A stretch of 64,000 nucleotides of DNA. It comes from Callorhinchus milii. Taxonomy: Eukaryota. Location of the stretch: assembly GCF_018977255.1 (NCBI RefSeq), contig NW_024704742.1:63428001-63492000 (forward strand), written 5' to 3'. The notes beneath the pieces are model-generated. The model was not told the DNA's origin. It saw only the letters and a program-made list of their open reading frames with translations, and searched no databases. Shown one piece after another: positions 63,492 through 64,000 of the stretch; position 1 is the stretch's first letter; each line of letters opens with the position of its first letter. The position numbers and the translations under genes were made by a program.

Positions 63492-64000
63492 GCATTGTCT
63501 GGGGTGCCATTGTTTGGATGAGATGTTAAACTGAGGCCTCACCTGCCTGTTCAGTTAGGTGATAATAGTGCCTCTGGCACTATTCAAAGGGAGGAGTTTC
63601 TCCTGGTGTCCAATTCCCAGATAAAATTGATCATTTACTTCAGGGCTGTATGTAGGATGTTGCTGTGCACAAATTGGGTGCCGCATTCACCTATAAAATA
63701 CAGTCATTTCACTTATGTTTCACCCACAAAATATAGTGTCAATTCACTTTACAATATATTCTGTGAAGCACTTTGAGACGTCTCGAAGATGTGATAAGGC
63801 GCAATATCAAATGCAAGGGTTATTATTGTTATTAATTAGAGTGTTTCATGTGAAGCACTTTGTAACGTCCTCGCAATGTGAAAGGCACAATATCATATGT
63901 AGGGATCACCATTATCGTTATTTTATTTTTACCCTGGCTGACAATCCTCTAAATAAGTTAATCAGTCCTTGTGTGACTATTTGTAGGAGCCTTGCAATAG

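Noticed and set aside
28514..64000. Coding exons of a second gene (for example MFAP3L)
   Set aside because: I recognised no signal-peptide/Ig-domain or other protein-like exon. Only weak non-coding exon signals were seen.

Overview
This is vertebrate genomic DNA, not prokaryotic. The repeat content points to a cartilaginous fish, possibly a chimaera: CR1 and L2 LINEs, SacSINE1-like Deu-domain SINEs and a young tRNA-headed SINE with (ATT)n tails. The only protein-coding gene I can support is AADAT (kynurenine/alpha-aminoadipate aminotransferase, KAT II) on the + strand. Twelve coding exons (2-13) lie at 4310-28513, all with AG/GT boundaries and consistent phases, and the PLP lysine (DSFSK) is intact. 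I could not find coding exon 1, which is probably upstream of the window. The remaining ~35 kb is repeat-rich and has no recognisable coding exon. It does contain a few candidate promoter or non-coding first-exon signals, which may belong to MFAP3L, the downstream neighbour of AADAT in human (inference only). Nearly all long ORFs in the supplied track are decayed LINE or SINE sequence. The most interesting item is a U2 snRNA 5' fragment on the - strand (33041-33078), followed by a structured leader and a decayed Tx1-type ORF1. This suggests a relic U2-targeting (Keno-like) retrotransposon outside a U2 locus. Several local inverted, templated duplications and nested same-site insertions are also visible. 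I see no convincing wholly novel system. Repeat boundaries are approximate; exon boundaries are exact.
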